Source of the DNA: Neoechinorhynchus agilis
Lineage: Eukaryota > Animalia > Acanthocephala
Length of the DNA stretch: 64,000 nucleotides
Reading direction: 5' to 3'
NCBI GenBank assembly: GCA_051530055.1
Contig: CM121343.1
Span: 528,389-592,388 of the forward strand
Shown: positions 12,943 through 26,033 of the stretch, one piece after another
Numbering within the stretch: position 1 is the first letter of the stretch
How the letters are laid out: the number at the start of each line of letters is the position of its first letter
Program-made: the position numbers and the translations under genes
The notes under the pieces: generated by a model
What the model was told of the DNA's origin: nothing
Databases searched by the model: none
What the model saw: only the letters and a program-made list of their open reading frames with translations

Positions 12943-13427
12943 AAGTCGTTAATCGGCAAACTTGAAGTATCTAACGTGAGCAACGAATAAAAAAGAACGC
13001 TCTTTAATAATTCCGAAGAGAAGTCTTTTCTACCCGTTATTCCATTTCGTACACGGAAGAAATGCAACTATGATGAGGATCAATATGCCAATTCTTCCAA
13101 CCTCGGCAACCGCACAGCGTGCGTAAAATTTCTTAGAAATGGAGACTGGATAGAAAATATCTCACGAAGAGATCATCGCATCTCCAACTCTATCACACCG
13201 AAGGATTTTATATAGATGATCAAGTCAAAGTGTTGTCGACCCCACAGATATTCGATCTATTTTATTTCTGCATCCTTAGAAAAGTTCAAAATTCGAAATT
13301 AAAAGGAAATTTGAGATTCTACATTTAGAGGACGAGTCTTAAGAGTTCATCGATTCTTCCGTGTTGATTTCGTCGTTTAATAATCACAAACAGGTAGTTT
13401 TTTTAATAACAACACCGACACTTTTGT

Positions 13428-13499
13428 CCACCATGATGACGAATGCGCTGAATTGATGCTTTTGTATTCTTTCGTGTATGATAGGTTTCTGATTATTGG
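13428..13499 (+). ncRNA. Candidate C/D box snoRNA in a 5'UTR intron of PTBP
   Basis: C box ATGATGA 13433-13439, CTGA 13448-13451, D box CTGA 13489-13492, short CCA/TGG terminal complementarity; lies inside a 122-nt GT-AG segment (13394-13515). Confidence 0.45.
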
Positions 13500-13543
13500 C
13501 CCCGAACCGCTCTAGATTATTATTGTTATTATACGTCACGGGG

Positions 13544-15980
13544 ATGAGCAAGGTTAGTATGATTGTTGCTGTTTTTTCTTTAAATGGCTTTTTAAGAGAG
13601 TTTTAAATGATGAGTCTGCTGATGAGGAGAGTGAAAAAAAGATCCCGCTTTTGGAAGAAAGTGATCCACAAGATCAGGTCTCTACAATCAAGACGGAATT
13701 GATTGTGGTTAAAGGGGAAAGTACTGAAATTGAAAAATCTCCCGGTAAGACAGGCGAAGAAAAAATTTGTGTTCAGAGCGAAGTTAAACCTGAGGAACAA
13801 GAGAAGGTCGAAGTAGAAACTGATCAAAGTAAACCTGAAGATTCAAATCGTGGTAATCCTGAAAATGCATCGTGCGTTGTTCATATCAGTTCTATTCCTC
13901 ATGACGTCCCCGATCAGAAATTGGCGTTTATTGGTCTTGCATTTGGAGAGCTACATTGCATTTTGTACCTTAAAAACAAAGGTCAGGCGTTCATCAGCTT
14001 TCGCGATATCAATGACGCTGCTAAAATGGTGAATTATTTTGCCAAATTCACTCCGGTTTTGTTGGGAAGTCGATTACACGTTCAATTCTCAAATCATAAA
14101 CAGATAAACCTATCCCAAATGAGTCCGTCTGTAGCTCATACCCAACTGGCACTTAAATGTGCACGGGAATTGAAAGCAAAAGCTGCTTCGGGCGAGGTTG
14201 GAAGTGTAGCTCGATTGCTTATTCATGATATGGTAATGGGCGTCTCCGGTAGTATATCCGTGGATACTCTCTATCAGATTTTATCTAAATTCGGACCAGT
14301 TTTGAAAATCGTTATTGGAAAGCGAACGTCATCTAGTCTTCTTGCTTTTGTTCAAATGAGAACTGGATCAGACGTAGGTGTTGCCATAAAGCGTTGGATT
14401 TACTTCGAAGGGGAGTTGGTATGAGTTAATCCTCCGCTATCCAAGAACTCAATGGTCTCTGCTTATTCGGTGGAGGATTTAGCCAGTGTAGCATTGATAG
14501 AGCCAGGACGCCTTGTTTATTTGTGAGAGCCAATTGTGTAAGATGCCGAGACTATACTAATCCTTGTCTTCTAAGTCCGGAAGTTGAAATCGAAGCAGCG
14601 CGTCATCAAAATGGACCAATTCCAACCGTAGATCTAACAGATGATATCGTCGAATACGTTCCTGATGATGAGACTCCGAAAATTACTTCCAATCCTGCCC
14701 AGCAAGCAATCGCTCGTAGAAAAATGACTACATTAACCGGTGCGGATTTGTATGAACCCGTTGAACAGGATGATCCTTCTAATGATAACGCTCAACTGGA
14801 AGAAGAACAAGCAGCCACTGCCGCTATGCTGTATGCTGCTGCCGCCGCTGCTGCTTCAAGACCGCTAATGTCCACGATTCCCCAGTTAGCTTCATCAATG
14901 AATCCATTTGGACTTCGAACGGCATTAGCAGCTGCCGCTGCATTCTTTGATTCGGTAAGATTCTTCTCAATGAACTAATAAACCTCTATTGCCCTATAGC
15001 CGGATACTTCTGGATTTCGATTTGGATATACAGGGCCAGTTCCAGAGGAATTCTTAACAGATAATGGAGCTTTTGTTACAAATCGATCACAGAAACGCGT
15101 TCTTTTAGTCTCCAACCTGAATGAAGCGGTAATACACTTTGATGCTAGAAATTGAACCACGCACATCGGATATTGTTTAGGAAATCAACACAGATAATTT
15201 GTTCATTTTATTCGGTGAGTTGCCTAAAGAAAAGGTCATTTAGAATTTCCGTAGGGGTTTACGGCGATGTCAAAAGAGTCAAGATTCTGTTCAACAAAAA
15301 GGATACCGCTCTTGTACAGTTCAACACTTCTGATCAAGCCGAAACAGGTTAATTTTTCTTCTGCTATAGTCGAATTAATGCACTCGATAATCATGTAATG
15401 TTTAAGCATTAAGGTTGCTAGATGGTATCAGTATTTTTGGTCGCAGGATGAAGATTTCATATTCTAAACATCTTAACATTCAAAGGGTCAAGGATACAGA
15501 CGTAAGTATTTGCTTTTACTTATTTAGAGTCCGCCGATATTTCTCTTAGAATCCAGAACTTACTAAAGATTTTGAAGATTCTTCGTTGCACCGATTTAAA
15601 AAACCGGGATCTAAGAATTACATGAACATTTTCCCACCAAATCCTTCTCTGCACCTTTCCAATCTGTCGTTCGTATCTTTATCTTTTTCTGACTTTGCTT
15701 ACTACATTATTCTTGTCGCGTCTAGTGACGAAGTGACTGAAGAGGAAATCAAGACACTGTTTAGCAAATATGGACGGGTTGAACACTTCCGCTTTTTCGA
15801 AAACAGCAACCAAATGGCACGTATCACGATGGATTCCATCGAGAGTGCATGCCACGCTCTAATGGTCAGACATCAAAATCATTAGTCACACATCGGTGTC
15901 ACGATTTTCCATAGGCTTGCCATAACTACCCAATGTCCAAAAGTCGATATCTCCGCGTTTCGTTTTCGAAGTCGCGATAA
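13544..15980 (+). CDS. PTBP1: Polypyrimidine tract-binding protein (four RRMs), ten exons
   Basis: RDYTNP, VLLVSNLN, GVYGDVKRVKILFNKKDTALVQ, LHRFKKPGSKNYMNIFPP, YLRVSFSKS. Nine GT-AG introns: 13553-13596, 14393-14445, 14955-14999, 15129-15180, 15215-15254, 15348-15406, 15502-15549, 15669-15725, 15865-15914. Confidence 0.93.
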
Positions 15981-16555
15981 ACCGAACCGATTCTGTCCTT
16001 TCTCTCTCCTTTCATCTACACTTGTCGTGGATCTTTATGGCGTGCTTGTTTTGCGAGTTATCGAAATAAAAAACCAATAAATGTCAGTAATTTCCCTATT
16101 TATTTTCAACCTTTCCTCCTTCTCCTCCTCCAAACATACACAATAATATAACGAGTACACTTTAGTTTTCGCGTAAAATGTTTTTGAATATAATCAGCCA
16201 TGAGCTCTTTGGGTAAACTTTCATCCATCATCACCAGTTTTCGATTTCCATAGGGGTTCAAAAGGTCAGTGTTTTTGTTCTTAAACTAATCAATTATTTA
16301 CGCTCACGATTGTTTTTCATCTTGACTCTTTAAATATTTGAACCGCCACTTGGACAATACAAATATTTAACGACACAAAGTCTTGATTATGTGTATTTAG
16401 GGCCAGCGGCAACAATATATCTTTTCTCGGGAGAACGTTTTTGTTAGTGAAATAACATTGAACCTAATCATCTTTTAAATTGTTGAATGGTCCCATCCTT
16501 TTCTGCTGAGAACGTTAGCATGGTCTCGAAATGTAAATCTTAAAACTTATTTAAG

Positions 16556-18020
16556 ATGAATTCGAAACCTGAAAATGCGGAAAGCACGCGAATTTTTGCT
16601 CCAACTGCACAATCTGATACACAGACGTTTTACAAAGAGCAACTGGATGATTTTGAACCTAAAAAACCTTCTTCAAACTCCATCTTGAATACTAGCCTAT
16701 CCGACGACGACGACGACGATGATGATGAACACGATTTTGAACTCGATTCGGAATCCGGAGATGATAATTCTATTAGTAATGGTGCCAAGGATGAAACTGA
16801 CGACGACGATGGTAGTGGTGGTGGTGGATCAAACGACGGCACTTCATTATACGAAAGGGGCAAGCGTGTAAAGCAGCAAATCGCAATGACGAATCTACTC
16901 ATTGATACACGAGTGCTCTTGCATCAGCTGATGATCCAGACTCGAGGAAGTAAATTTCATGATTTGCAAAAGGAACAGAGCACCATCCCAATCGATGATC
17001 TAAACCAAATCATTGATGTAATCAAAAATGTGTCGGATAAAATTGGAATAATGACGACCGTTTTGAGTGCGATCGGGATATATTTCGTCACTAATCGGTC
17101 GTAGTAAATTGCTCCTCCACAAAGGAAATGTCTTTCACTGAAAACTGTGATAGCATACGAAATGCCAGGTAAGCGCATAGTTTTGTCATTAAAAATTCAT
17201 AAAAACAAGCGATTTCTTAATTAGTGCCTTAAATTATTTAGAACCTTGTACATTGATAGAAAATGTTCAATCTTCTTAAAAATGTCTGGACTTTTTGAAA
17301 GCCGATAGTGATTTATGTTCGCAATAAATTGATAGCCATTTATAATTCTTTTGATTTTTAACAGACCGGGAAACGTTCAATTAGTGTCTAAAGACTTAAA
17401 GTTTCTTGGCTGTGTTTGAGTTTTATTTTAATTTTAGTTAATTTGACTTTTGTGCCTTGTGCAGGAAACCGATATTAACTTATTGGCACAAAAAGGGTCA
17501 GATAATGAGGTCGCTAGCAAAACTTGAAAGGCCAATTAATGATCAAATTGACAAAATCCTGAGCGAACGTTTGAAGACGCGTCTCCATGACTCCACAAGT
17601 GTTGACGATCACTCGATTCCTTCTCAATTCGACGATTCCGATTTTGTGGACACAATCGTATCTCGGCATTATGGATCAATATCACAACTTCCTACTTTAA
17701 GCAATTCTTATGTTCAAAATTATCTAAAGCATAAAGGAATACATAAGCCGAAGAGTAATAGAATGAAAACATCAAAGGGAAAAAACGTAATGTAAGCTTA
17801 TAACGTCATTTTTTCTTCTGAACATTTTGTCTTTAGCTACAAAGTGCATCCGAAAATTGCAGGTTTTTGTTTACCCAAGACCCGTCGGTCCATTCGAACA
17901 AACAATCACGAGTTCGATCGGTAAGTTTTTTTTGATTTTTTAAATTTAATTGCGCCTTAAATTTTTTGACTTAGAAAAGCTTTGTTTGAATCTTTGTTCA
18001 ATGTAGTGACGAGTACATAA
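16556..18020 (+). CDS. AATF: AATF/Bfr2 (Traub) family protein, multi-exon
   Basis: Acidic N-terminus, ERGKRVKQQIAMTNLLIDTRVLL, FDDSDF, SKGK..YKVHPKIAGFCLP. Internal exon structure partly inferred; possible upstream micro-exons from ATG 16200. Confidence 0.8.
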
Positions 18021-18149
18021 ATGTTTAATATCTAATGAATGTTTGTGACGGTTTGAGTTCATCTTACAAAAATGCGCTTAAGATAATTTTTGCGTCTTCG
18101 TTTAAGGAGGATTCTGTTTCAAATTTAAGTCGATATAGTTTTGGTTACT

Positions 18150-18850
18150 AGTCAGCTCCATATAACTAGAATCACCGAACTCCCCTCCACTTTTGAACTA
18201 AAATATCGCGTAAATATTGGTTCGTCATTCAAAATTACCTAATTCTTTTGCTGAACAGATCATTTGCCTATAACCAAGTTCGATGTCTGTTGTAAAGATT
18301 TTTGGTTAAGATCATAAGGTAAAATTACATTTAATCAAAATCGCCTGAAAGATTCGGTTCGCTATTTTTTGTATGTATATCTTCGTGAAATTTTAAACAA
18401 TATTTAAAGCTACGACAATGAAAAACACTTTTAAACTTGGAATCCTTTATATAATTTGCTCATTTGGTTGCACTACTTTCCCGTAAGGGAACGAAGGTTT
18501 CTTTTCGATTGTCTTATCTAAGTTTCACATTTTTGAGGCGAGTTCAGTAATACGCTTTTTTTCACTGATTTTTGTTTTATATTTAAGGAATTTTTGACAT
18601 GAAATTTGCGAAATTACTCGGAAAATAAAGTCTAGATGTTATCGCCCTCTAGTATTTTAATATTCGGCTGTTGCATCTCAGAATGAACTTCACACCTATT
18701 GAGCACCATTGTATAGTTTTTCTTTGAAATCGACTAGAAAATACAATGGCGTTCTCAGAGTGCTGAGTGTCGTTCTCATAGTCGAGCTTCGTGTAAAGCA
18801 AAACGACGACGACGAAGTTGTCATTGGAATATAGTTCCATCTTTTTTGTA
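18150..18850 (-). CDS. Putative small multi-exon gene of unknown function
   Basis: A 41-nt AT-rich GT-AG segment (18238-18198) separates open frames (IELGYRQMICSAKRI / SKVEGSSVILVIWS); no family recognised. Confidence 0.2.
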
Positions 18851-19023
18851 TTTTAAAATCACGAGCAGATAGTTTGGATGAGAACTATGAATGTAAGTAG
18901 CCATTTTTTGAGGCCACTCTGAGTTCTTTGACGTCGATTTCTGGGATAAAGACAATTGGTTTTAGACGAGCGAAGTTTCTTTTTATCCGGAATTTTTATG
19001 CACGCCGATTTTAAAAAATTCAG

Positions 19024-20024
19024 ATGGCTTCTCATGCGTTGATAAGCAAGATAGAATTGTTCAACGATAGAACAAAGAAGGAAATGGGAACATTAAACAA
19101 CGTCCCTCAATCGGAGACGATCGCTCATCTCAAAACTCGCATTCATCATCTGTATCCGCGGCTCTATGAAAGTCGATTGCGACTCAAACAATTCGGTTCT
19201 AAAGAAGTCTTACCTAATTCTACTCTACTGTCGAACTTGATTGGAAGTGGCAATGACCACCGTCTTGCAATCAGTGTTAAGGATTTAGGTCCACAGATAT
19301 CATGGCGAGGAGTATTTATAGCAGAATACGTCGGACCACTCTTGATATACCTAATCGCTTATACGCTTAATAATTTCGTATTAGCCAACGGTCCACGTAA
19401 TCCAATTGTTCACATTGCTGCGATCTGTTGGAGTTTCCACTTTGTTAAACGGATATACGAGTCGTGCTTTGTTCATCGATTTTCTCAAGAAACCATGCCG
19501 TTTGTCAATTTGTTTAAGAATTGTGGATACTACTGGGGATTCGCGATCTGGATCGCCTACCTTATCAATCACGATCACTATAAACAATGATACCTGGTGT
19601 AGTCTTGGTGCTCCTTGACTGCTACACCCAAGTGTCATGTACTGCTCCATCATCTAAGTCAATTCTTGTATGGATCGGAGTCCCAGTGTTCTATTTGGCG
19701 GAAATCGGGAATTTCCAAGTACATTTACTTCTAATGCATTTAAGACCGTCGAAATCAACCGAACGAAAAATACCAATGCCACTTCCTGCATTGCCCTTTA
19801 CTTCCCTTTTCAATTATGTTTCTTGTCCTAATTACACGTACGAAATCCTTGCTTGGCTGGGATTCTTTTTACTGACTCAGTGCTTAGCTGTGCTCGTGTT
19901 TGCATTTGCCGGTGCAATTCAAATGACTATTTGGGCAAAAGGAAAACACAGGAGATACATTCAAGAATTCGGAGCCACCTATACTAAGCTCAGACGAAAT
20001 GCCATTTTACCCTTTATTCTGTGA
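19024..20024 (+). CDS. TECR: Very-long-chain trans-2,3-enoyl-CoA reductase, two exons
   Basis: Ubiquitin-like N-terminus, KDLGPQISWRGVFIAEYVGP, HRFSQETMP, NCGYYWGF, VSCPNYTYEI, KHRRY; interrupted at 19582-19640. Confidence 0.95.
19582..19640 (+). other. Non-canonical hairpin intron in TECR (59 nt)
   Basis: INHDHY|TAPS aligns with INHPLY-TPP only after removing 59 nt. No GT lies between the conserved exon end and the TGA at 19588. About 16 bp of stem; junction TAT|AAAC...CATGT|ACT. Confidence 0.85.
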
Positions 20025-21999
20025 AATCTAAGAAGTGGGACGAAAGTGGTGCCATACATTTCCGATTCTTTATTGAATTGATTGGGAGGCACGCAACGAG
20101 CAATTCAACTCCTACGATTAAACGATCAATTCTAATGAATTATTCAGTTTCCCGTAGCATAGTACAAGGGCAATTAGGTTCTTTTAATGGATTTTGAGCC
20201 TCAACTTTGCTGTGATTCCATGCGTTTTATTCTTTTAATGGATGTGATTGATTCATGTTTTTTTATCGATTTCTCGTGAACTTCTATGAGAAAAATAAAA
20301 TACGATCACGCTCAATAGGAGGAGATGTCAATTATTTTTGACAATTTTTTGCTTGTTTTTCGTTGTTCATACCGTTTCTTTGTTGATGCTGTTAGACCTT
20401 GATTGGTCAATATATATCAGATCGAAATTGCCTTTTGCTTGTTGTTTATTGATCCATTTTTCTTGTGAATCTTCAGCTTGGCATCCTTTATCTTCAACAT
20501 ACTAAAATGTACGCTCGAAACGTTTAACGAGCACGAACAAAATTAGCTAACCGTTTCGATCACATAAATATTGGTGTCATTATGTAACCTTAATAAAATT
20601 TTGGAACTAAACCTCAATAAATAACCCTCACCATCTGATTAAAGGAATGATTAAAAAATTAAATATGCAAAGTACAAGTGCACTAGTGACTGCATATTGG
20701 TACTTTGGTGGGCAAATGCACTGTGAATGCATAGTAAGGGGCCTCCAGATAGGACTTGAGATCTCTGTGATAACGGAATTGACGATTTTTAGCCCGTAGG
20801 CGTACGCCGTTTAGATATTTTGAGAACCGTTGTTTCCTTCATTTGTAATATCTTGTTCTTAGTCTTCTTGTGAAGCTCGTGTGACTGATGTGATCTTTTA
20901 ATTATAGCACAGTTCCACGTTTCCGCATCCCGAGCAACGTCCCAACAGCGGCAGTTAAGCACACAACTAATTTCATATTCAATGTAAATTTTGGAACGCA
21001 CCCAAGGGGGTTGGAATAACGAACTCTGAAGGATAAAAGTTGCAATCGGCATTCTTGTGTAGATCCTGCCAATAAACCACTTTTTTTATACTGCTTTTAA
21101 GGCCAAAGCCGAAAAATCCTAAGTGAAGAATCTTTGGACAAAATTAGGTTTTAGATTGTTTTTGGTAAAGCGAAATAAAGAAAACTAATTTAATACTTTC
21201 TTTTGGTCGCTTTGCCACAATGACAAACCTTGAGAAAATGTCCGAAAATAAATTAGTGAATCCAAATCTGGAGTGGCAAAAATATCAAATGAAAGTATAT
21301 TTTCCTCTGAAGATGATAATATAGACCAAGACAATAATTTAATATTTCGACCTTTAAGCGTATGACTTCTTCAGAATTGCTCTTGTGTAGAGGAAATTTA
21401 CAAGCAATTCTGAAGTCTCACGCGTAAAGGACGAAATATTATATCATTTTTCCTCATTTCGCTTGACCAAAAACAAAATGAGGTTTTTAAAAAAATTATG
21501 AAATTTTTACGTGGAGTACCCTATTGAAATGATGAGCTGCTATTTTAACCTGGAAGGACGGATATCCGCCAACACTTTTGCAAAATACACACAACCCGAT
21601 GAACCTTTTCTCCCACAACCAGGATCCTTCTATTCAAAGATGACAACCGTTATAATATTCCGAAGATGATCCTTGAAAACATTGGCCGATGAAACATTGA
21701 TGGCGATAAAATATTACGCAAATTTTGGCAAATGGTTGTTGGAACATTATACGCTCCTTGTCAGAAGCATTCAGTTTTTTAAGTGATTGGTATTTGGTCG
21801 TGGCCTGAAAATCACCTTTATGTCTCCAAGGCGCAACGAGCTATACTCGTGACCTTTATGACTACGCGATCCAAAACTCATTTTCATCCATTTTGAACGT
21901 ATTTCGAAAAGCTTCTTCAACATGAATATAGATTTGCTCCGATTATTAATACCATTTACGCTCTGTTCGACTTTTGCAGACATCAACAAGTCTCTTAAG

Positions 22000-22330
22000 A
22001 TTTTTTTTCATTTACACCCACAACAACAAAACGTTTCAACAATCACCACCGTCCACGAAGAAGAGGCATCGCTCTCCCCTCAGTGGTCGCGACCACACTC
22101 GCTGCGTTTCCTCTTTGGATCGCGAGACCAATGGTTTGGCGCAGGAATGCACCAGCTCTTGTATTTCCTGTCTTCTCGATAACTCCTTTGTAGTGCCGAG
22201 TTAGCGAGCGCACCAAGAGTCTCCACTCCAAAGGGTACAAAAACGTGAGAACAAAAACTACAATGTTGACACCCAGACGCTTTATCAATATTCGATTCTT
22301 ATAATTAAGTCTTGTTAGCACCTCTTTATC
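22000..22330 (-). mobile_element. 5'-truncated CRE-clade non-LTR retrotransposon, 3' end
   Basis: RAGAFLRQTIGLAIQRGNAASVVAT is the typical C-terminal motif after the restriction-like endonuclease; followed by a short A-run at ~22008-22001. Confidence 0.75.
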
Positions 22331-23265
22331 AAGAGAGCAACGAAAAGACGACGCATTTTTCGTATTTAGGAAAACAGTTTGACAGTAAGTACCAGTCTAA
22401 ATCGAATCTAGATGTTGTTGTGTTAAATGAAGTAGAAAGATCTTTCTGTAATTCCGGATCATGAAATAATCGGTCCAATTTATAAAACCAACGAGAGTGT
22501 CGGGTAGTTTAGACGCTAAAAGTCATCAGAATTTGTATGAATTTCTAACTTTAATGCTCTGGGTTTATGGAGTCATTCAAATTGGGCCGAAGAATGAAAC
22601 AAGCGCCTGATTTTGAAAGCAATTAAATTCGTTCAATGATATAAAATTGTCTTATCAAAGATCATGCCGTTAGTTGCCCTTATGTTCAATTTCATTTAAA
22701 ATAAACAGGTGCATTTCATTTATTTACCTTACCTTCATTTTGAAATAGCAAAGTTCTCACGGTTGTCCACGAGTATCCTTCGCCTATCCTCATTTTTCAT
22801 TTCTGATAATATCTGAAATATCCAATCCTGTGTGACCCATTCGATATTGTTGGTTCTAAAATTAGTAGTCGTAACAACAGCCAAACTTTTTTGTTGTGAA
22901 TGTTTTTATAATATTTTTCGTAAAGGCTTTTAGCTTAAAAAAGAAGCTCGAAGAGTCTGTACGCAACGAGAGACGCAGCATGGAAAATCAATGCTTAGCA
23001 CCCTACTATATTTCTTAAAATTTAGCAATCTTAAACCAGGATTATCTTTCAGTTTTATTAAGTCTCTTTCGAAAAACACCAGTCTTTTAGAGGAAACGTC
23101 GCATATTTACCCATGTTTAAGGGCAAATTAACCTTCGATAAAATATTGTTCATGGTATTCAAGTAACTTTTAGTCATATCTCAACTATCTCCGCTTTCCT
23201 TTGATGAAATATTAAGAAAACATCATCGCATAGATCAAATTATAAACGAATTTGTGTTTGGTGCT

Positions 23266-24455
23266 GAAGTGAGGCCATAATTTTCCCTGGGCACACAACC
23301 CACCGATATGGTTCAAGGAAGCGAATTAGTCCAGCCTCCTCGGGACGTATCTGAGAACCCGGATTAATGCGCACAAAACTCAGCCGTGTGCTTCGGGGTA
23401 TTAAGTGACTTTATGCGCTCCCCTGAACCATGTCGGTGGGATGTGTACCCAAGGAACAAAATTATCAGCCTTGAAAAAGGCCTCACTTCAACACTCAATG
23501 AAAAGTAACAATCTAACCAGGTTTAGAGATAAAATAATTAAATAATTGTCCCAAAACTAAAAACTGGCTGATTTTGTTGACATTCCGTATTTGTGCCGAG
23601 CTGGAGCCCCGAATCCTGTTCAGGCAACCCCAAAGAAAAAGGCCTCACTTCAACACAATAAAAGTAACAATCTAACCAGGTTTAGAGATAAAATAATTAA
23701 ATAATTGTCCCAAAACTAAAAACTGGCTGATTTTGTTGCACATTCCGTATTTGTGCCGAGCTGGAGCCCCGAATCCTTGTTTCAGGGCAAAAAAGGTTCA
23801 AAATCCATTAAGACCGATAACGCACAAAGGGGACGCAATACCCCGCCGAAGGGAAGAGGAAACTGATGAATCCCGCCTCCTCGGGAGGTATCTGAGGATT
23901 CGGATAAATGCGCACAACACTCATAGCCGTGTTGTTCAGGGTAATAAGTGATTTTATGCACTTCCTGAACCATGTCGGTGGGATGCCCAAGGAACAAAAT
24001 TATCAGCCTTGAAAAAGGCCTCACTTCAACACGTAATAAAAAGTAACAATCTAACCAGGTTTAGAGATAAAATAATTAAATAATTGTCCCAAAACTAAAA
24101 ACTGGCTGATTTTGTTGCACATTCCGTATTTGTGCCGAGCTGGAGCCCCGAATCCTTGTTTCAGGGCCAAAAAAGGTTCAAAATCCATTAAGACCGATAA
24201 CGCACAAAGGGGACGCAATACCCCGCCGAAGGGAAGAGGAAACTCTCTGATGAATCCCGCCTCCTCGGGAGGTATCTGAGAATCCGGATTAATGCGTACA
24301 AAACTCATAGCCGTGTGCTTCGGGGTATTAAATGATTTTATGCGCTTCCTTGAACCAGATCGGTGGGATGTCTGCCCAAGGAACAAAACTAACAGCCTTG
24401 AAAAAGGCCTCACTTCAACACGTAATAAAAAGTAACAATCTAACCCGGTTTAGAG
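23266..24455 (+). repeat. Satellite family A, second array with an inverted left end
   Basis: Same unit as 9295-10140 at ~23450, ~23990 and ~24378, plus a partial unit at ~23636; 23266-23323 is an inverted partial unit. Confidence 0.9.
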
Positions 24456-24759
24456 ATAGAATTTGTGTCCCTGAAAGTCTTTCATTAGGAACAGCACGAC
24501 AATGGAAAATAAAGTCGATAAAAGCGGGCATCCATGGCGTCCTCCATACTTTCTGAAAAATTTGCTAGAAGGATTTCGTTCCGATTATTTGTCGAATTTC
24601 GGGATTTTATAAAAGATTTCGAGAGGTCTAGCTCAATCAATAATTTGTTAGCATATGAGATCTCGTTTAGTTTGTGTAGTTCCTCTGAGAGTCGCTATTT
24701 AAAGACTCCTTCCAGCATTCCGATTATTGGATTTTGGGTCGCCTTAATGCGGACCAACT

Positions 24760-25240
24760 TTAGTTATCAGGGCTGACAAACGACCACTCATTGAACATGA
24801 ACGTCGATTTAATGTTCCCCAAATAAATGAGGTTTCAATTATAACAGGAGAACGCGACATTGTCATTTACAAGCGACTTCCTACAACGCATTACGGAAAC
24901 ACATCGATCATATGGTCCACTTCAATTCTCACTCGTGTTTTGGCAAAGAAATGATTGCTTTCATTTCAACTCCGTGCAAATCAACATGCGATCAAAAGAC
25001 TACTAAAGGGCACCGGGAATGGCTTTCTATGCATACAGAATAATGATATGAGACAATTGCTCCAATCAAATCATACAGTGCCGTAAGTTATTTCATCAAT
25101 TTGTAATTGTTATGTATGGAATGATTGAGAGCGACATTTGACATCCACCTTCTGGATGCTTTGGCCAATGATGGAAGCGTAGACTACATTGGGAAATTAG
25201 TCATTCTACTTGCTACATTTACATGAATCCTCTTGTGGCG
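24760..25240 (+). mobile_element. Helitron Rep remnant
   Basis: Frameshifted LVIRADKRPLIEHERRFNVP, RDIVIYKR, LQRITETHRSYGPLQF, FYAYRIMI and IGKLVILLATFT match conserved Helitron Rep-associated motifs. Confidence 0.8.
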
Positions 25241-26033
25241 ATTCACACCCTGAGAATCAGTTTTATTTTGTAATATTTCGTGGGCCATACCCGCCTCGTC
25301 AAACATTGTCATCTGAAAAAAAAGCGAAACATAGATTGCATTAGCCTATTTCCGATTGCTCTTTATGGCTCGCGATCGCGGGGTTGCCATTCCCATGAAT
25401 CGGGGCGTAAAATGCCGCACGAACCCCCTACGATTGGGTATCCGCCGTTCCTCCTTACGTTGATATCCTTGATGAGCGATCGCAGTGCAAAATTACCTTT
25501 ATTGCCAAGTACGAAGGATGCATTGAGAACAATTGATGCACTGAGTAAAAACGACAAACGAGTTTTAAAGCGAAAGCTTAAACTGTTTAGAACAATAAGG
25601 AAATCAAAAAAGATCCGACATCATAAACGAGACAAAAAGTGATCGATTAGTCGTAAGTGTCATTAAAGTCGATACAGTTCTCTTAAAAACAACGAAAAGG
25701 GTTGCACTTTTTAACTTTGACGGCGATAAAGTAGCGAGCACGATTCGCCTAGTCATCTGCACAACAGTCATGAACAAGAAATTCGCGGAGGATATATTAA
25801 CCTTTGATTTTTGTATGTGTCATTTTTCCTAGTTAACGCTTACCGATTTCAATTTTTATCTTACTTGATGAGCCGAGATACTCATGTGCAATGCTTACTT
25901 GATTCGAGCATCCGAGAGTCGTCTGCGAAATAAATGTTTCGACATGGTACCGCCATACATACTCAAATTGCGACTATGCTTTATTTTAGAAAAAATTATG
26001 AAAGTATCACGCCTATCGATTACCGTATTACAT

